A DNA stretch of 39,567 nucleotides from a virus: UHGV virus genome UHGV-0061228, one strand, 5' to 3'. The position numbers were made by a program, and so were the translations under genes. The notes under the pieces were generated by a model that saw nothing but the letters and a program-made list of their open reading frames with translations, ran no database searches and was not told where the DNA came from. Shown one piece after another: positions 1 through 8,794 of this stretch (position 1 is its first letter; each line of letters starts with the position of its first letter).

Positions 1-109
1 CGGTAACGCTTGGGTATACGGTGACGCTCGGGTATACGGTGACGCTCAGGTATTCGGTGACGCTCAGGTATACGGTGATGCTTGGGTATACGGTAACGCT
101 TGGGTTCAA
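1..109 (+). repeat. 18-nt tandem coding repeats (ggtgacgctcgggtatac variants); this is the same array as 39227..39567.
   Basis: Direct reading shows the 18-nt period, with variation confined to the D/N, W/R/Q and Y/F codons. Confidence 0.85.
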
Positions 110-334
110 AACTGCCGTGATTATTCTGCTACAAGCTGCTTCGGATCGGAAAATAGGACGACAACATTTTTCCGCACGAAAGACGGCGGAATCAGCGTGA
201 GATGTGGATGTTTTTACGGAACACTGAGGGAATTTAGAGAAAAGGTGAAAGAACGACACGGAGACAGTCGACTGGCAAAGGAATATTTGATGCTGGCAGA
301 TTTGATGGAGTTTAGATTGTCTAAGGATGAGTAG
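2..334 (+). CDS. 3' portion of the hexapeptide-repeat protein gene; continues from 39083..39567 across the circular junction. It carries 'YG[DN]A[WRQ]V' repeats and ends in a Cys-rich tail (..QNCRDYSATSCF..RCGCFYG..), with stop TAG at 332-334.
   Basis: Frame 2 is open from the window start to the TAG at 332. The first 54 nt equal 39514-39567. The translation continues the GDAxVY repeat seen at the window end. Confidence 0.6.
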   Translation, partial: GNAWVYGDARVYGDAQVFGDAQVYGDAWVYGNAWVQNCRDYSATSCFGSENRTTTFFRTKDGGISVRCGCFYGTLREFREKVKERHGDSRLAKEYLMLADLMEFRLSKDE

Positions 335-345
335 GAGGATAAGCA

Positions 346-561
346 ATGGATAACAATAAAATTTATGTAAGCGAACAGGAATATTCCCGTCTTTGCAGAT
401 TAGATGGGAGGACGGATGCGTTGATCGGGTATATCGCAATGGCTGAAAAGGAGTATGAATCAAGAAGAAACACTGAGTTTACCACATATAACACAGATGA
501 CGATAAGTATTTTTTAGATGCAAATGTTGTAAAAGCAATTATTGGCATGGAGGACGAATGA
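346..561 (+). CDS. hypothetical early protein (71 aa)
   Basis: ORF with upstream RBS 'aggaggataagcaATG'. Confidence 0.4.
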   Translation: MDNNKIYVSEQEYSRLCRLDGRTDALIGYIAMAEKEYESRRNTEFTTYNTDDDKYFLDANVVKAIIGMEDE

Positions 562-773
562 TGTATGTAGGTATCGGATCGGAAAAAGGCAAAAAAGTAA
601 GTGATGAGGATGCATTTTCCTACGCTTGCGAACGAATCAATAATGGTACGGAAAGAGAACAGGAAGCATTTATGCAGATTATGAAAGAATCTGATAATTT
701 CCACATGGCGGTGATTGCAGTGGTTATCTGGTTTTATTCCGGTAATTGGGTGCACGAGGAGGTGAAGCCATGA
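558..773 (+). CDS. hypothetical early protein (71 aa)
   Basis: ORF translationally coupled to the previous one (ATGA overlap). Confidence 0.35.
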   Translation: MMYVGIGSEKGKKVSDEDAFSYACERINNGTEREQEAFMQIMKESDNFHMAVIAVVIWFYSGNWVHEEVKP

Positions 774-931
774 TTACGATGCAGCAGCGCAAGGAGAGGA
801 TTGAGGACATATTGGATGAGCGTCTCGGCATGATCGAGAACGGGGAGGTGAATACATATTACCAGACAAGGGATATCGCAAATCTGACGCAGGCACTTTT
901 GAATATTGTAAGAATAATGAAGGAGGAATGA
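746..931 (+). CDS. hypothetical small protein
   Basis: ORF in the operon; its end overlaps the next gene. Confidence 0.3.
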   Translation: MGARGGEAMITMQQRKERIEDILDERLGMIENGEVNTYYQTRDIANLTQALLNIVRIMKEE

Positions 932-933
932 TT

Positions 934-1578
934 ATGGCCAAGGTAATCGGTGTAATTGGTGAGAGTGGCGCAGGAAAAACTACATCCATGCGAAACTTAA
1001 ACCCAGAGGAGACATTTTACATTGACTGCGACAAAAAAGGATTGTCTTGGAAAGGATGGAAGAAGCAGTACATCGAAGGCAAGAACTACTTCCGCGGAGA
1101 CGTGCCGACAAATGTAATGCAATGCTTAAAAGCAATCAATGGAAACGAGAAATATAAAGACTTTAAGACCGTGATTGTGGACACGCTAAACGGAATTATG
1201 GTAGCTGAGGAAATGAGAAACGTAAAAGTTGCAGGATACGGAAAGTGGACGGATTTGGCGTCTTATATCTACGAGATTGTGGATTTTGCACTTTCCATGC
1301 GTGACGATTTAACAGTTATTTTTATTTGCCATTCCGAAACTGTTTCGGACGATAACGGGATGATTTTCACGAGAATCAAAACGAATGGTCGCAAGTTGGA
1401 CAAGATTGTGTTGGAAAGCAAATTTACAACAGTATTGCTCGCAGAATGTAAGGATGGAAAGTATATTTTCCATACACACGCAGACCGGAGTTCCGTAAAA
1501 ACACCGCTAGGTGCGTTTGAACAGGACGAGATCGACAATGACATAGTGGAAGTAATAAATGCATTGGAGGAGTACTAA
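934..1578 (+). CDS. P-loop ATPase, Sak4-like (RecA-like recombination/annealing ATPase)
   Basis: Walker A 'GVIGESGAGKTT' at the N-terminus. Size is about 215 aa. RBS 'aggagg' lies 7 nt before the ATG at 934. The gene sits beside SSB-like and nuclease genes. Confidence 0.55.
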   Translation: MAKVIGVIGESGAGKTTSMRNLNPEETFYIDCDKKGLSWKGWKKQYIEGKNYFRGDVPTNVMQCLKAINGNEKYKDFKTVIVDTLNGIMVAEEMRNVKVAGYGKWTDLASYIYEIVDFALSMRDDLTVIFICHSETVSDDNGMIFTRIKTNGRKLDKIVLESKFTTVLLAECKDGKYIFHTHADRSSVKTPLGAFEQDEIDNDIVEVINALEEY

Positions 1579-1580
1579 AA

Positions 1581-1868
1581 ATGGAAGAATGGAAAAGAGG
1601 ATATAAACCATTTATGCATATTTATGCAATTCCGCCAATCGATCTTTGGGAGAATGCTCTTGTTCCGAGCATGGATGAGGAGTTAAGAGTTATGGCTTAT
1701 ATGCCGGAAGAGCCAAGAGATGGTTCGGTGTATAAATTATATGTTCCATGCCCTGATACATTTCAGTTGGAGCCGATCTATTTATGCAAGGCAGAAAACA
1801 ACGGAACAGTATATATCTTTTCGGATATACCAGTAACACTTAAAACAGATTATTTTGAAGAATTATAA
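1581..1868 (+). CDS. hypothetical protein (95 aa)
   Basis: ORF that fills the interval in the operon. Confidence 0.4.
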   Translation: MEEWKRGYKPFMHIYAIPPIDLWENALVPSMDEELRVMAYMPEEPRDGSVYKLYVPCPDTFQLEPIYLCKAENNGTVYIFSDIPVTLKTDYFEEL

Positions 1869-1881
1869 GGAGATTATTATT

Positions 1882-2463
1882 ATGAAAAAACCAACAGGAT
1901 ACGACGAATTACAGGTAACATTTACACCAGTGGAGTTAGGCGGACACCATGCAATCATTAAGAATGTAAGAGAGATGCAGTCGAGGACAGGAAAAGCAAT
2001 GATCGTTGTCTCCATCGACTTTGCGCAAAACGACAAGCAGCCAAACTACTTCATGCATAGTTTCGACAATGATATCAGACCGGATAAAAAATGGCCATTT
2101 CAGGGGACACAATACATTTTATCCGAAGGTAACGATGGCAAAGTGTCTCGATCATTTAAGCAATTCATTGAAGCGTTTGAGGAGTCGAATAACCTTGAGG
2201 CTACATGGGGCGATGCGTTCTGCAATCAGTTTAAAGGTAGAAAAATTGGAGTTGTATTTGGGAACGTAGAAGAAGAGTACAACGGAGAAGTTAAAAAGAG
2301 AAGGAGAATTAGATGGTTCTGCAATGACAGTGCGGTTGACAACGCAAGGATTCCAGAGGACAAGCTGCTACCTACAAGTTCGAGACAGCCTGCTCCGCCT
2401 GTGACAGATAAAGATGGATTTATGAGCATCCCAGATGGCTCAGAAGAGGAGATTCCATTTTAA
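1882..2463 (+). CDS. putative SSB-like ssDNA-binding/recombination accessory protein with an acidic C-terminal tip '...DGSEEEIPF'
   Basis: RBS 'aaggag' lies 9 nt before the ATG at 1882. The C-terminus mimics the SSB 'DDDIPF' tail. The gene is in the recombination module. Confidence 0.4.
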   Translation: MKKPTGYDELQVTFTPVELGGHHAIIKNVREMQSRTGKAMIVVSIDFAQNDKQPNYFMHSFDNDIRPDKKWPFQGTQYILSEGNDGKVSRSFKQFIEAFEESNNLEATWGDAFCNQFKGRKIGVVFGNVEEEYNGEVKKRRRIRWFCNDSAVDNARIPEDKLLPTSSRQPAPPVTDKDGFMSIPDGSEEEIPF

Positions 2464-2966
2464 TGTTGGTGCAGGCAGATACTCGCGAAAAAAAGAAAGA
2501 ATGGGAAAGAATAGAAAAGCAATTTCAAAGCGCTGGGGTGGATTATTTCCGCTCCAAGCTCTACATAGGAGACTATTGCAACGTAGATAACCCAAGACTG
2601 GTAATCGACCGTAAAAAGGATTTATTAGAGTTGGCGGGGAATGTTACGCAAGATCACAAACGCTTCCATGACGAGCTTGTCAGGGCGGTAGCAAAGGGAT
2701 TTAAAATCATTATACTCTGTGAGCACGGAAAAGGAATCCAGTCTTTGGAAGATATTATCTTCTGGGAGAATCCAAGGCTAAAGAAATACGAATGGGTTAT
2801 GGAGAATGGTCATCCGGTTAAAAAGCAGAAATACCCAAAAGCAACAAAAGGAACTAGCTTGTATAAATGCTTGAAAACCATCCAAGATAGGTACGGAGTA
2901 GAGTTCGAGTTTTGCGATAAGGGAGAGACAGGGTTTAAGATTTTGGAATTGCTGGAAAGGAAGTGA
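2463..2966 (+). CDS. ERCC4/XPF-Mus81-type nuclease (structure-specific endonuclease / putative resolvase)
   Basis: ERCC4 motifs 'ADTREK', 'GDY' and 'IDRKKDLLEL(A)' are present. A later '..QDHKRFHDEL' and an 'IIILCEHG' block follow the family pattern. Confidence 0.6.
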   Translation: MLVQADTREKKKEWERIEKQFQSAGVDYFRSKLYIGDYCNVDNPRLVIDRKKDLLELAGNVTQDHKRFHDELVRAVAKGFKIIILCEHGKGIQSLEDIIFWENPRLKKYEWVMENGHPVKKQKYPKATKGTSLYKCLKTIQDRYGVEFEFCDKGETGFKILELLERK

Positions 2967-3475
2967 ACATGCACTTTCAAGGTTGGGTGAAATTACACCG
3001 AAAATTAATGGAAAATGAAGTTATCTGGGACACGAAAGAGCCATTCGACCGAAGAAGTGCATGGTTGTATTTGGTCATGATGGCGAACCATGAAGACCGA
3101 CAGATTGCAATAGGCAGCTCAGTAAGAGTTATACATAGAGGTGAACATTGGACTTCTTTTCGGTCTTTAAAAGAGAAGTGGCACTGGGACAGCATAGACA
3201 GGGTTCGGCGCTACATTAACATGCTTGTCGAGGCAAAAATGATTACAGTAAACAGTACAAGCAACGGGACGCTTGTAACCCTTGTAAACTATGGGGATTA
3301 TCAAGGTTCGCAGGACACCAAACGAGACACTAAACAGTACACGGACAAGTACACGGGCGAGACACAGACAAGTACACGGGCACTACCCAAACAAGAAGTA
3401 AAGAATATAAAGAATGAGAAAGAAGTAAAGAAATGTAGTTCGGCTTCGCCGTATTCCGGGGGTGAGTGGCAATGA
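2963..3475 (+). CDS. putative replication initiator/replisome-organizer-like DNA-binding protein
   Basis: The N-terminal 'W.KLHRKL....W......WLYLVMMAN' pattern resembles phage replisome-organizer N-domains. The gene sits directly upstream of the primase-helicase. Confidence 0.35.
   Translation: MNMHFQGWVKLHRKLMENEVIWDTKEPFDRRSAWLYLVMMANHEDRQIAIGSSVRVIHRGEHWTSFRSLKEKWHWDSIDRVRRYINMLVEAKMITVNSTSNGTLVTLVNYGDYQGSQDTKRDTKQYTDKYTGETQTSTRALPKQEVKNIKNEKEVKKCSSASPYSGGEWQ
3336..3380 (+). repeat. iteron-like direct repeats (3x 'AGTACACGG[A/G]') inside the initiator gene; candidate origin
   Basis: Copies start at 3336, 3348 and 3371, with 'GACAC' repeats interspersed. Confidence 0.3.
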
Positions 3476-5541
3476 TTCAAGAAAAAATTATCAACGAACT
3501 TGAAATCAGAAAAACGATTCAAATATTAAAACCAGGCAACCAGCTATTTGAAGTTAGAGTGATTGGAGATCGGAAACCATTAAGCGGATATTTCAAAAAC
3601 GCAGATACATTGATTCAAAAACTACATTCCGTTGATTTGAGAAAAACAAACGTGTACATGACATTGAATCAAGTTAACAATGGTTTATTTTCGAGAATAC
3701 AGTCAGAGAAGTTTGTAAGTGGTGGTAAGGCAACTGGAGATACAGAGATTGATGGATACAACTTTTTGTTTATTGATTTAGACCCAAAGAGACCGACTGG
3801 TATTTCATCATCTAAAGAAGAATATCTGGAAGCGTGTCAACGTGCAAAGAATATTTCCCAGTATCTTGAAAACTTAGGTTTTGAAAAACCTATCAAGGCA
3901 GTTAGTGGCAATGGTGCCCATTTACTTTACAAAATCCAACTGGCGAACAATGACAAGAATAAGAAACTTGTAGAACGGTGCCTAAAAGCATTGGCGTTGC
4001 TATTCGATGATGATGTGGTTCAAGTTGATACGTCGAACTTCAATCCGAGTCGGGTTTGTAAGTTGTATGGGACATTGGCTCAAAAGGGTGCGGACACCGA
4101 GGAGCGCCCACACCGAATGAGCAGAATTTTCGAATATCCAGACGAAGTCAAGGTAACTGATATTAAGTATCTTGAGAAACTCTCCAAAGAGTATCCGGAA
4201 GAAAAGAAGCCGACTCCGAGTAGATATAACAATTATAACACAGGAACGTTTGATGTGGAAGAGTGGATGAATCGTTATAACATTCGATACAAAGAAGGAA
4301 CTTGGAGGGATGGATGCAAGAAATACATTTTGGAGGAGTGTCCATTTGATAGCAATCATAAAGCTCCAGACTCCATGATATTGGTTCAGAGTAATGGTGC
4401 GATTGGATTCAAGTGTTTGCATAATTCTTGTGCAGACAAAACATGGAGAGATGTTCGCTTGATGTTTGAACCAGATGCTTATGACAGGTCGAATGACGAT
4501 GACAGAATTGAGCGTGGCTGGAAAGAGCATAACAAGAACAAAAAGGTTGATGAGGTCTTGTACGAACCAATCCAACAGGAGACACTGGATGAGCCAATGT
4601 TCGAAACAATCAAAATGATCTTTGAGAAGAAGGAAGAGGAAGAAGTGTACATCAAGACATGCTACAACGAAATCGACAGGAAAATGAGAGGATTGCAAAA
4701 AGGATGTATCTCAGTAGTGTCTGGACTTCGTGGTTCCGCAAAAAGTACATGGCTTTCCAATGTTGGCTTGAACGCAGTAAATAATAATCAAACAGTCATT
4801 GTTTACTCTGGAGAACTTTCTGACCAGAATTTTGCAAAGTGGTATTTCTTGCAAGCAGCGGGGAAAAGCAAGGTTGTTGCGTCAAAAATGTTTGAAAACG
4901 CCTATTACGTTCCGGAAAATATCAAAGAGAAAATATCAGACTGGACTGGGGAGAAGTTGTGGCTATACAACAACAAATACGGAAATGACTTCAACATGAT
5001 CAGCAAAGTTCTGGTTGAAAAGATTAAAGAAAGACAGGCGGATTTAGTTATCTTGGACAACTTGATGGCATTGAATCTGGAAATGTATGACAAAGATAAA
5101 TATGAAGCGCAGACAAAATTTGTTCAAAGCCTGAAGAATATTGCAAATCTTTGCAACGTACATATCATTTTCGTAGCGCATCCAAGAAAAGCAATGGGTT
5201 TTCTAAGGTTGGATGACATTTCCGGAAGCGGTAACATTACAAACTATGTAGACAATGCTTTTATCGTGCATAGGCGAAACGAAGATTTTAAAAGGCTTGG
5301 AAAGCAGATGTTTGGTTGGAAGGATGACCATTATCTTATGCAGGCGAACGTAACTAACGTAGTTGAAATTTGTAAAGATAGAAACAATGGTAATCAGGAT
5401 GTTTTTATCCCGCTATATTACGAACCGGAAACAAAGAGATTGAAAAATACACCAGTAGAGAATGTGATATACGGATGGAATACAGATGCAGATGGATTTA
5501 CAGAACTGGATGGTGATGAACTTGAAAAAATTCCATTTTAG
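3472..5541 (+). CDS. bifunctional AEP primase-polymerase / P-loop helicase replication protein
   Basis: The N-terminus has the prim-pol motif 'FLFIDLD'. A Cys/His zinc module 'CPFDSNHK...CLHNSC' follows. The C-terminus has Walker A 'GLRGSAKST' and Walker B 'LVILDN'. RBS 'gggggtgag' precedes the ATG at 3472. Confidence 0.8.
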   Translation: MIQEKIINELEIRKTIQILKPGNQLFEVRVIGDRKPLSGYFKNADTLIQKLHSVDLRKTNVYMTLNQVNNGLFSRIQSEKFVSGGKATGDTEIDGYNFLFIDLDPKRPTGISSSKEEYLEACQRAKNISQYLENLGFEKPIKAVSGNGAHLLYKIQLANNDKNKKLVERCLKALALLFDDDVVQVDTSNFNPSRVCKLYGTLAQKGADTEERPHRMSRIFEYPDEVKVTDIKYLEKLSKEYPEEKKPTPSRYNNYNTGTFDVEEWMNRYNIRYKEGTWRDGCKKYILEECPFDSNHKAPDSMILVQSNGAIGFKCLHNSCADKTWRDVRLMFEPDAYDRSNDDDRIERGWKEHNKNKKVDEVLYEPIQQETLDEPMFETIKMIFEKKEEEEVYIKTCYNEIDRKMRGLQKGCISVVSGLRGSAKSTWLSNVGLNAVNNNQTVIVYSGELSDQNFAKWYFLQAAGKSKVVASKMFENAYYVPENIKEKISDWTGEKLWLYNNKYGNDFNMISKVLVEKIKERQADLVILDNLMALNLEMYDKDKYEAQTKFVQSLKNIANLCNVHIIFVAHPRKAMGFLRLDDISGSGNITNYVDNAFIVHRRNEDFKRLGKQMFGWKDDHYLMQANVTNVVEICKDRNNGNQDVFIPLYYEPETKRLKNTPVENVIYGWNTDADGFTELDGDELEKIPF

Positions 5542-5579
5542 GAGAAAACATGACCAAAAAAAAATTGGAGTGAAACATT

Positions 5580-5786
5580 ATGGAGTTAAGAGAAGTTAAT
5601 TCTATTTTCAACGATTGCTATAAGCTATATAAAGAATTTTGCAGTAAAAAACTGGATTCAGACGATATGCATGAGTTTATCAAAGCTGTGGATCTGTTAA
5701 ATAAAAAGTATAACTGCAAATTGGCAGAGGAGATTCTGTTGGCAGTCATGAATGAGATAGATCGAATTGGAAAAGAAAGAAGATGA
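5580..5786 (+). CDS. hypothetical protein (68 aa)
   Basis: ORF. Confidence 0.35.
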   Translation: MELREVNSIFNDCYKLYKEFCSKKLDSDDMHEFIKAVDLLNKKYNCKLAEEILLAVMNEIDRIGKERR

Positions 5787-5790
5787 TTAA

Positions 5791-6126
5791 ATGCAAGAAA
5801 GAAAAAGGGACTTATACGAGCCGTATTTGGACGAAATAAGGCAAATGCTTGAAGATGGGTGCGTAATTACCCATATACACAAGGAAATTGCGAAAAAGAG
5901 CGGAATTGACGCAAATGTTAAGACGATGAAGCGTTTTATGAGAGAAAAAGGCTTAATCCAGGAGTCTGAACGCGAAAAGACCGAAATCAATAAATTGATA
6001 AAAGATAAGTTCAAGGGAATCAGTGAATACATGGATTTTTATGAGCGCTGGGTCAAGCAGAGTTGCAGTCTAAACCGCACAATCCAGAATCCAAACCGGA
6101 TATTAATGCGGAGGTATTTACAGTAG
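5791..6126 (+). CDS. putative HTH DNA-binding protein
   Basis: HTH-like 'ITHIHKEIAKKSGIDANVKTMKRFMREKGL'. Confidence 0.35.
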   Translation: MQERKRDLYEPYLDEIRQMLEDGCVITHIHKEIAKKSGIDANVKTMKRFMREKGLIQESEREKTEINKLIKDKFKGISEYMDFYERWVKQSCSLNRTIQNPNRILMRRYLQ

Positions 6127-6200
6127 GTTATAAAAAATAAGCGAAAATAGAAAGGAGCCAGCCTCCGGCCGGGGCAAGGGTATACCGGGCTTCTGAGAAA

Positions 6201-7085
6201 ATGGATAAAGAGAAAAAAGCAATCGAAAGAATTAAAATGGCAAGTGAAATGAGTCTACACCACTATGGTAGACCGCTTATTTGCACATACAGCGGAGGAA
6301 AGGATAGTGATGTGATGTTAGAGATTTTTAAGCGATCCGGGATCCCTTTTGAAGTACATAACAGCCATACAACGGCAGATGCGCCGCAGACAGTTCGGCA
6401 TATTCGGGAGGCATTCCGAGAACTGGAACTGCATGGAATTAAGTGCGAAATAGAAAAACCACGTTATAAAGGAAAACGGATTAGCATGTGGAGGTTAATT
6501 CCCGAAAAGCTTATGCCGCCGACAAGAATGGTAAGATATTGTTGCTCTGTGCTGAAAGAAACTGGATGTGCAAACCGGTATATCGCAACCGGAGTGAGAT
6601 GGGATGAAAGTGCTTCCAGGATGAAAAGAAAAGAGTTTGAAAAAATTGGACGAACCAAAAAGGAGCAAGAAAAATTCACAAAGATAATGTTGATGAATGA
6701 TAACAATTCGCAAAGAAGAATGAGCGAATTGTGCATGCAGCAAAATAAGATGATTGTAAATCCTATTATAGATTGGACGCATAGTGATATCTGGGAATAT
6801 ATAAATTCCGAGAAAATAGAGACGTGCGGGCTGTACCAGTGTGGATATGATCGTGTGGGGTGCATTGGTTGCGCGATGGCAGGGAAGAAACGATACAAAG
6901 AATTTGCAGACTTCCCGGGATACAAGAAATTATACATACATGCGTTTGAAAGAATGTTGCAAGAAAGAACAAGGAGAGGAAAAGAGAATACGTGGAAAAC
7001 AGGAGAAGAAGTTTTTAACTGGTGGATGGAAGACGAAAATATACCAGGGCAAATGAGCATAGAAGACTTTATTACGGAGGAATGA
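6201..7085 (+). CDS. PAPS-reductase/DndC-like PP-loop ATPase with a C-terminal Cys cluster (putative DNA-modification enzyme)
   Basis: PP-loop 'YSGGKDS' near the N-terminus. A C-terminal 'C..C......C..C' cluster (CGLYQCGYDRVGCIGC) is present. Confidence 0.65.
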   Translation: MDKEKKAIERIKMASEMSLHHYGRPLICTYSGGKDSDVMLEIFKRSGIPFEVHNSHTTADAPQTVRHIREAFRELELHGIKCEIEKPRYKGKRISMWRLIPEKLMPPTRMVRYCCSVLKETGCANRYIATGVRWDESASRMKRKEFEKIGRTKKEQEKFTKIMLMNDNNSQRRMSELCMQQNKMIVNPIIDWTHSDIWEYINSEKIETCGLYQCGYDRVGCIGCAMAGKKRYKEFADFPGYKKLYIHAFERMLQERTRRGKENTWKTGEEVFNWWMEDENIPGQMSIEDFITEE

Positions 7086-7088
7086 CTG

Positions 7089-7478
7089 ATGACAAAAACA
7101 GAAGAAACATGGATGGATGGGATCACTACAGAAATGATGGAGCATATATGCGACGACCTGTGCAGGCATCCAGATCATTTAAGTGGTGAAGCACTGGAAG
7201 ATAAATGCGCAGAATGCAAGATGGGACGGTTTGTGTGCGATATTTTGAACCAGTATGACAAGGTGAATGATTTTGCAAACAGCCAGTGCGAGAAGTTGAT
7301 GTGTGAGATGCATGAGCTGAAAGAACGAGATACGGCAAAGAAGCCGAATATAATGGACTACATACTTGGTGACATTAACTTTAAATGCCCTACGTGCAAA
7401 AGTGAATATATTTGTGAAAAAGGATATGAACATTTTTATTGCCCGAATTGCGGTCAGAAAATTAAATGGAGTGAGTAA
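7089..7478 (+). CDS. Cys-rich Zn-ribbon protein
   Basis: Multiple CxxC pairs, including 'CAEC', 'CPTC' and 'CPNC'. Confidence 0.4.
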   Translation: MTKTEETWMDGITTEMMEHICDDLCRHPDHLSGEALEDKCAECKMGRFVCDILNQYDKVNDFANSQCEKLMCEMHELKERDTAKKPNIMDYILGDINFKCPTCKSEYICEKGYEHFYCPNCGQKIKWSE

Positions 7479-7479
7479 C

Positions 7480-7659
7480 ATGGAGGAATTAAAGAAATGC
7501 CCGTTTTGTGGCGGAGATGCGATTCTGAAAGTCCATTATGGATTTGACGAAAAAGTTATATCATCTTTCGTGTACTGCAAAGAATGCGGAGTTGCAACAC
7601 GAAATTGTGCTTTAGAAGCTACGGCTAGGGGGAAATGGAATAGGAGAGTGGAAAAATGA
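7480..7659 (+). CDS. Lar-family restriction-alleviation protein homologue
   Basis: Sequence 'MEELKKCPFCGG....CKECG.....EA.A...WNRR' fits the signature of the small Lar family. Confidence 0.55.
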   Translation: MEELKKCPFCGGDAILKVHYGFDEKVISSFVYCKECGVATRNCALEATARGKWNRRVEK

Positions 7660-7808
7660 AAAAATATGATATTTTAATTGCGAAATTGTATGCGTGCTGC
7701 GGAAATCAAGAAGAGTTTCCACGCGAGCCGATTACCATTGATACTAATAAAATGAGCGAGTTATTGGAAGGTGTATTTATAAAAGCAGGATTGTTGGAGG
7801 TGGAATGA
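7656..7808 (+). CDS. small hypothetical protein (50 aa)
   Basis: ORF 'MKKYDILIAKLYACCGNQEEF...' with ATGA coupling to the Lar-like gene. Confidence 0.25.
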   Translation: MKKYDILIAKLYACCGNQEEFPREPITIDTNKMSELLEGVFIKAGLLEVE

Positions 7809-7999
7809 TGAAAATAATGATAACTATATTGCGAAAAAACGGAAGCTGCAGAACTTGGACAAATGCAAGCGCGGAAGAACACGTATCAATGGGGCTTACA
7901 GTTCACGCGGAAAGCATCAAAAGATGCGCGGAATCGTGGGGAACAGAGACAGATGAGGTGCTGAAAGTAATAAGAAAAGCACTGGAAAGCGAGGAATAA
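7805..7999 (+). CDS. hypothetical protein (64 aa)
   Basis: ORF. Confidence 0.3.
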   Translation: MMKIMITILRKNGSCRTWTNASAEEHVSMGLTVHAESIKRCAESWGTETDEVLKVIRKALESEE

Positions 8000-8000
8000 C

Positions 8001-8192
8001 ATGGACATCATAATCACAATCGCATTCCTAGCCCTGTACTATATCCTGGGGCTTGGAACAGTGATTACTTTAAAAACAGGAATCGAAGAGGAAGTAGAAC
8101 TTGAAGGAGCAGATTACCTTCTGGCTGGAGGATTCCCAATACTGCTATTTGTGGTGTTTTTAGATTGGATTGTGCGAAAGATAGTGAGGTAG
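8001..8192 (+). CDS. small membrane protein (two predicted TM helices)
   Basis: Hydrophobic segments 'IIITIAFLALYYILGLGTVITL' and 'GFPILLFVVFLDWIV'. Confidence 0.35.
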   Translation: MDIIITIAFLALYYILGLGTVITLKTGIEEEVELEGADYLLAGGFPILLFVVFLDWIVRKIVR

Positions 8193-8197
8193 GAAAT

Positions 8198-8794
8198 ATG
8201 AGAAAATTTAACTGGGATGAATTTAAAAATAAAGACAATAAGATTGCAGTGCGCTGCAAGACCGAGGAAGAGGCGAAAGACTTATGCAAGCAGATGCACG
8301 AACATGGAATGAAGTGGTGTAACGGAGAAAGTTATTTGAAAAATACAAATTATAATGCGCACAACAAAGGAACGTGTTATTACGGAAACGGAGAATATTC
8401 GTCTCGTGTTTTTGCAGAAAAGTACAATTATAAAATCTTGGAATGGAGTGATTACATGCAGAAAAAATTTACAAAGTCAGATTTAAAAGACGGAATGGTG
8501 GTCGAATATAATGATAACTATTTCAGGAAAAGACTTGTTATAGGCGGCTTTTTGACTGGCGAAGATGGATATGCGGATTTGGGAGACTATAACGAAAACT
8601 TAAAAAGTGTGGTAAGCGATTTGGAAATAGTTAGAGTATATAAGATTAAATGCATGGGGAAAATTAGCAGTATCATGAAAGACCACAATCTTGAACTCAT
8701 CTGGGAGCGCAAAAAACCAAAGAAAATGACAGTGGAAGAAATGAAACAGAAGTTGGAAGAGCTGACCGGAGAGGAAATTGAGGTGATGGAATGA
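8198..8794 (+). CDS. hypothetical protein (198 aa)
   Basis: ORF with RBS 'gaggtagga' before the ATG at 8198. Confidence 0.4.
   Translation: MRKFNWDEFKNKDNKIAVRCKTEEEAKDLCKQMHEHGMKWCNGESYLKNTNYNAHNKGTCYYGNGEYSSRVFAEKYNYKILEWSDYMQKKFTKSDLKDGMVVEYNDNYFRKRLVIGGFLTGEDGYADLGDYNENLKSVVSDLEIVRVYKIKCMGKISSIMKDHNLELIWERKKPKKMTVEEMKQKLEELTGEEIEVME

Noticed and set aside
4000-4698. 232-aa - strand ORF
   Set aside because: Antisense to the well-supported primase-helicase gene. No RBS and no recognisable domain.
6464-7126. 220-aa - strand ORF
   Set aside because: Antisense to the PP-loop gene. Hydrophobic low-complexity translation.
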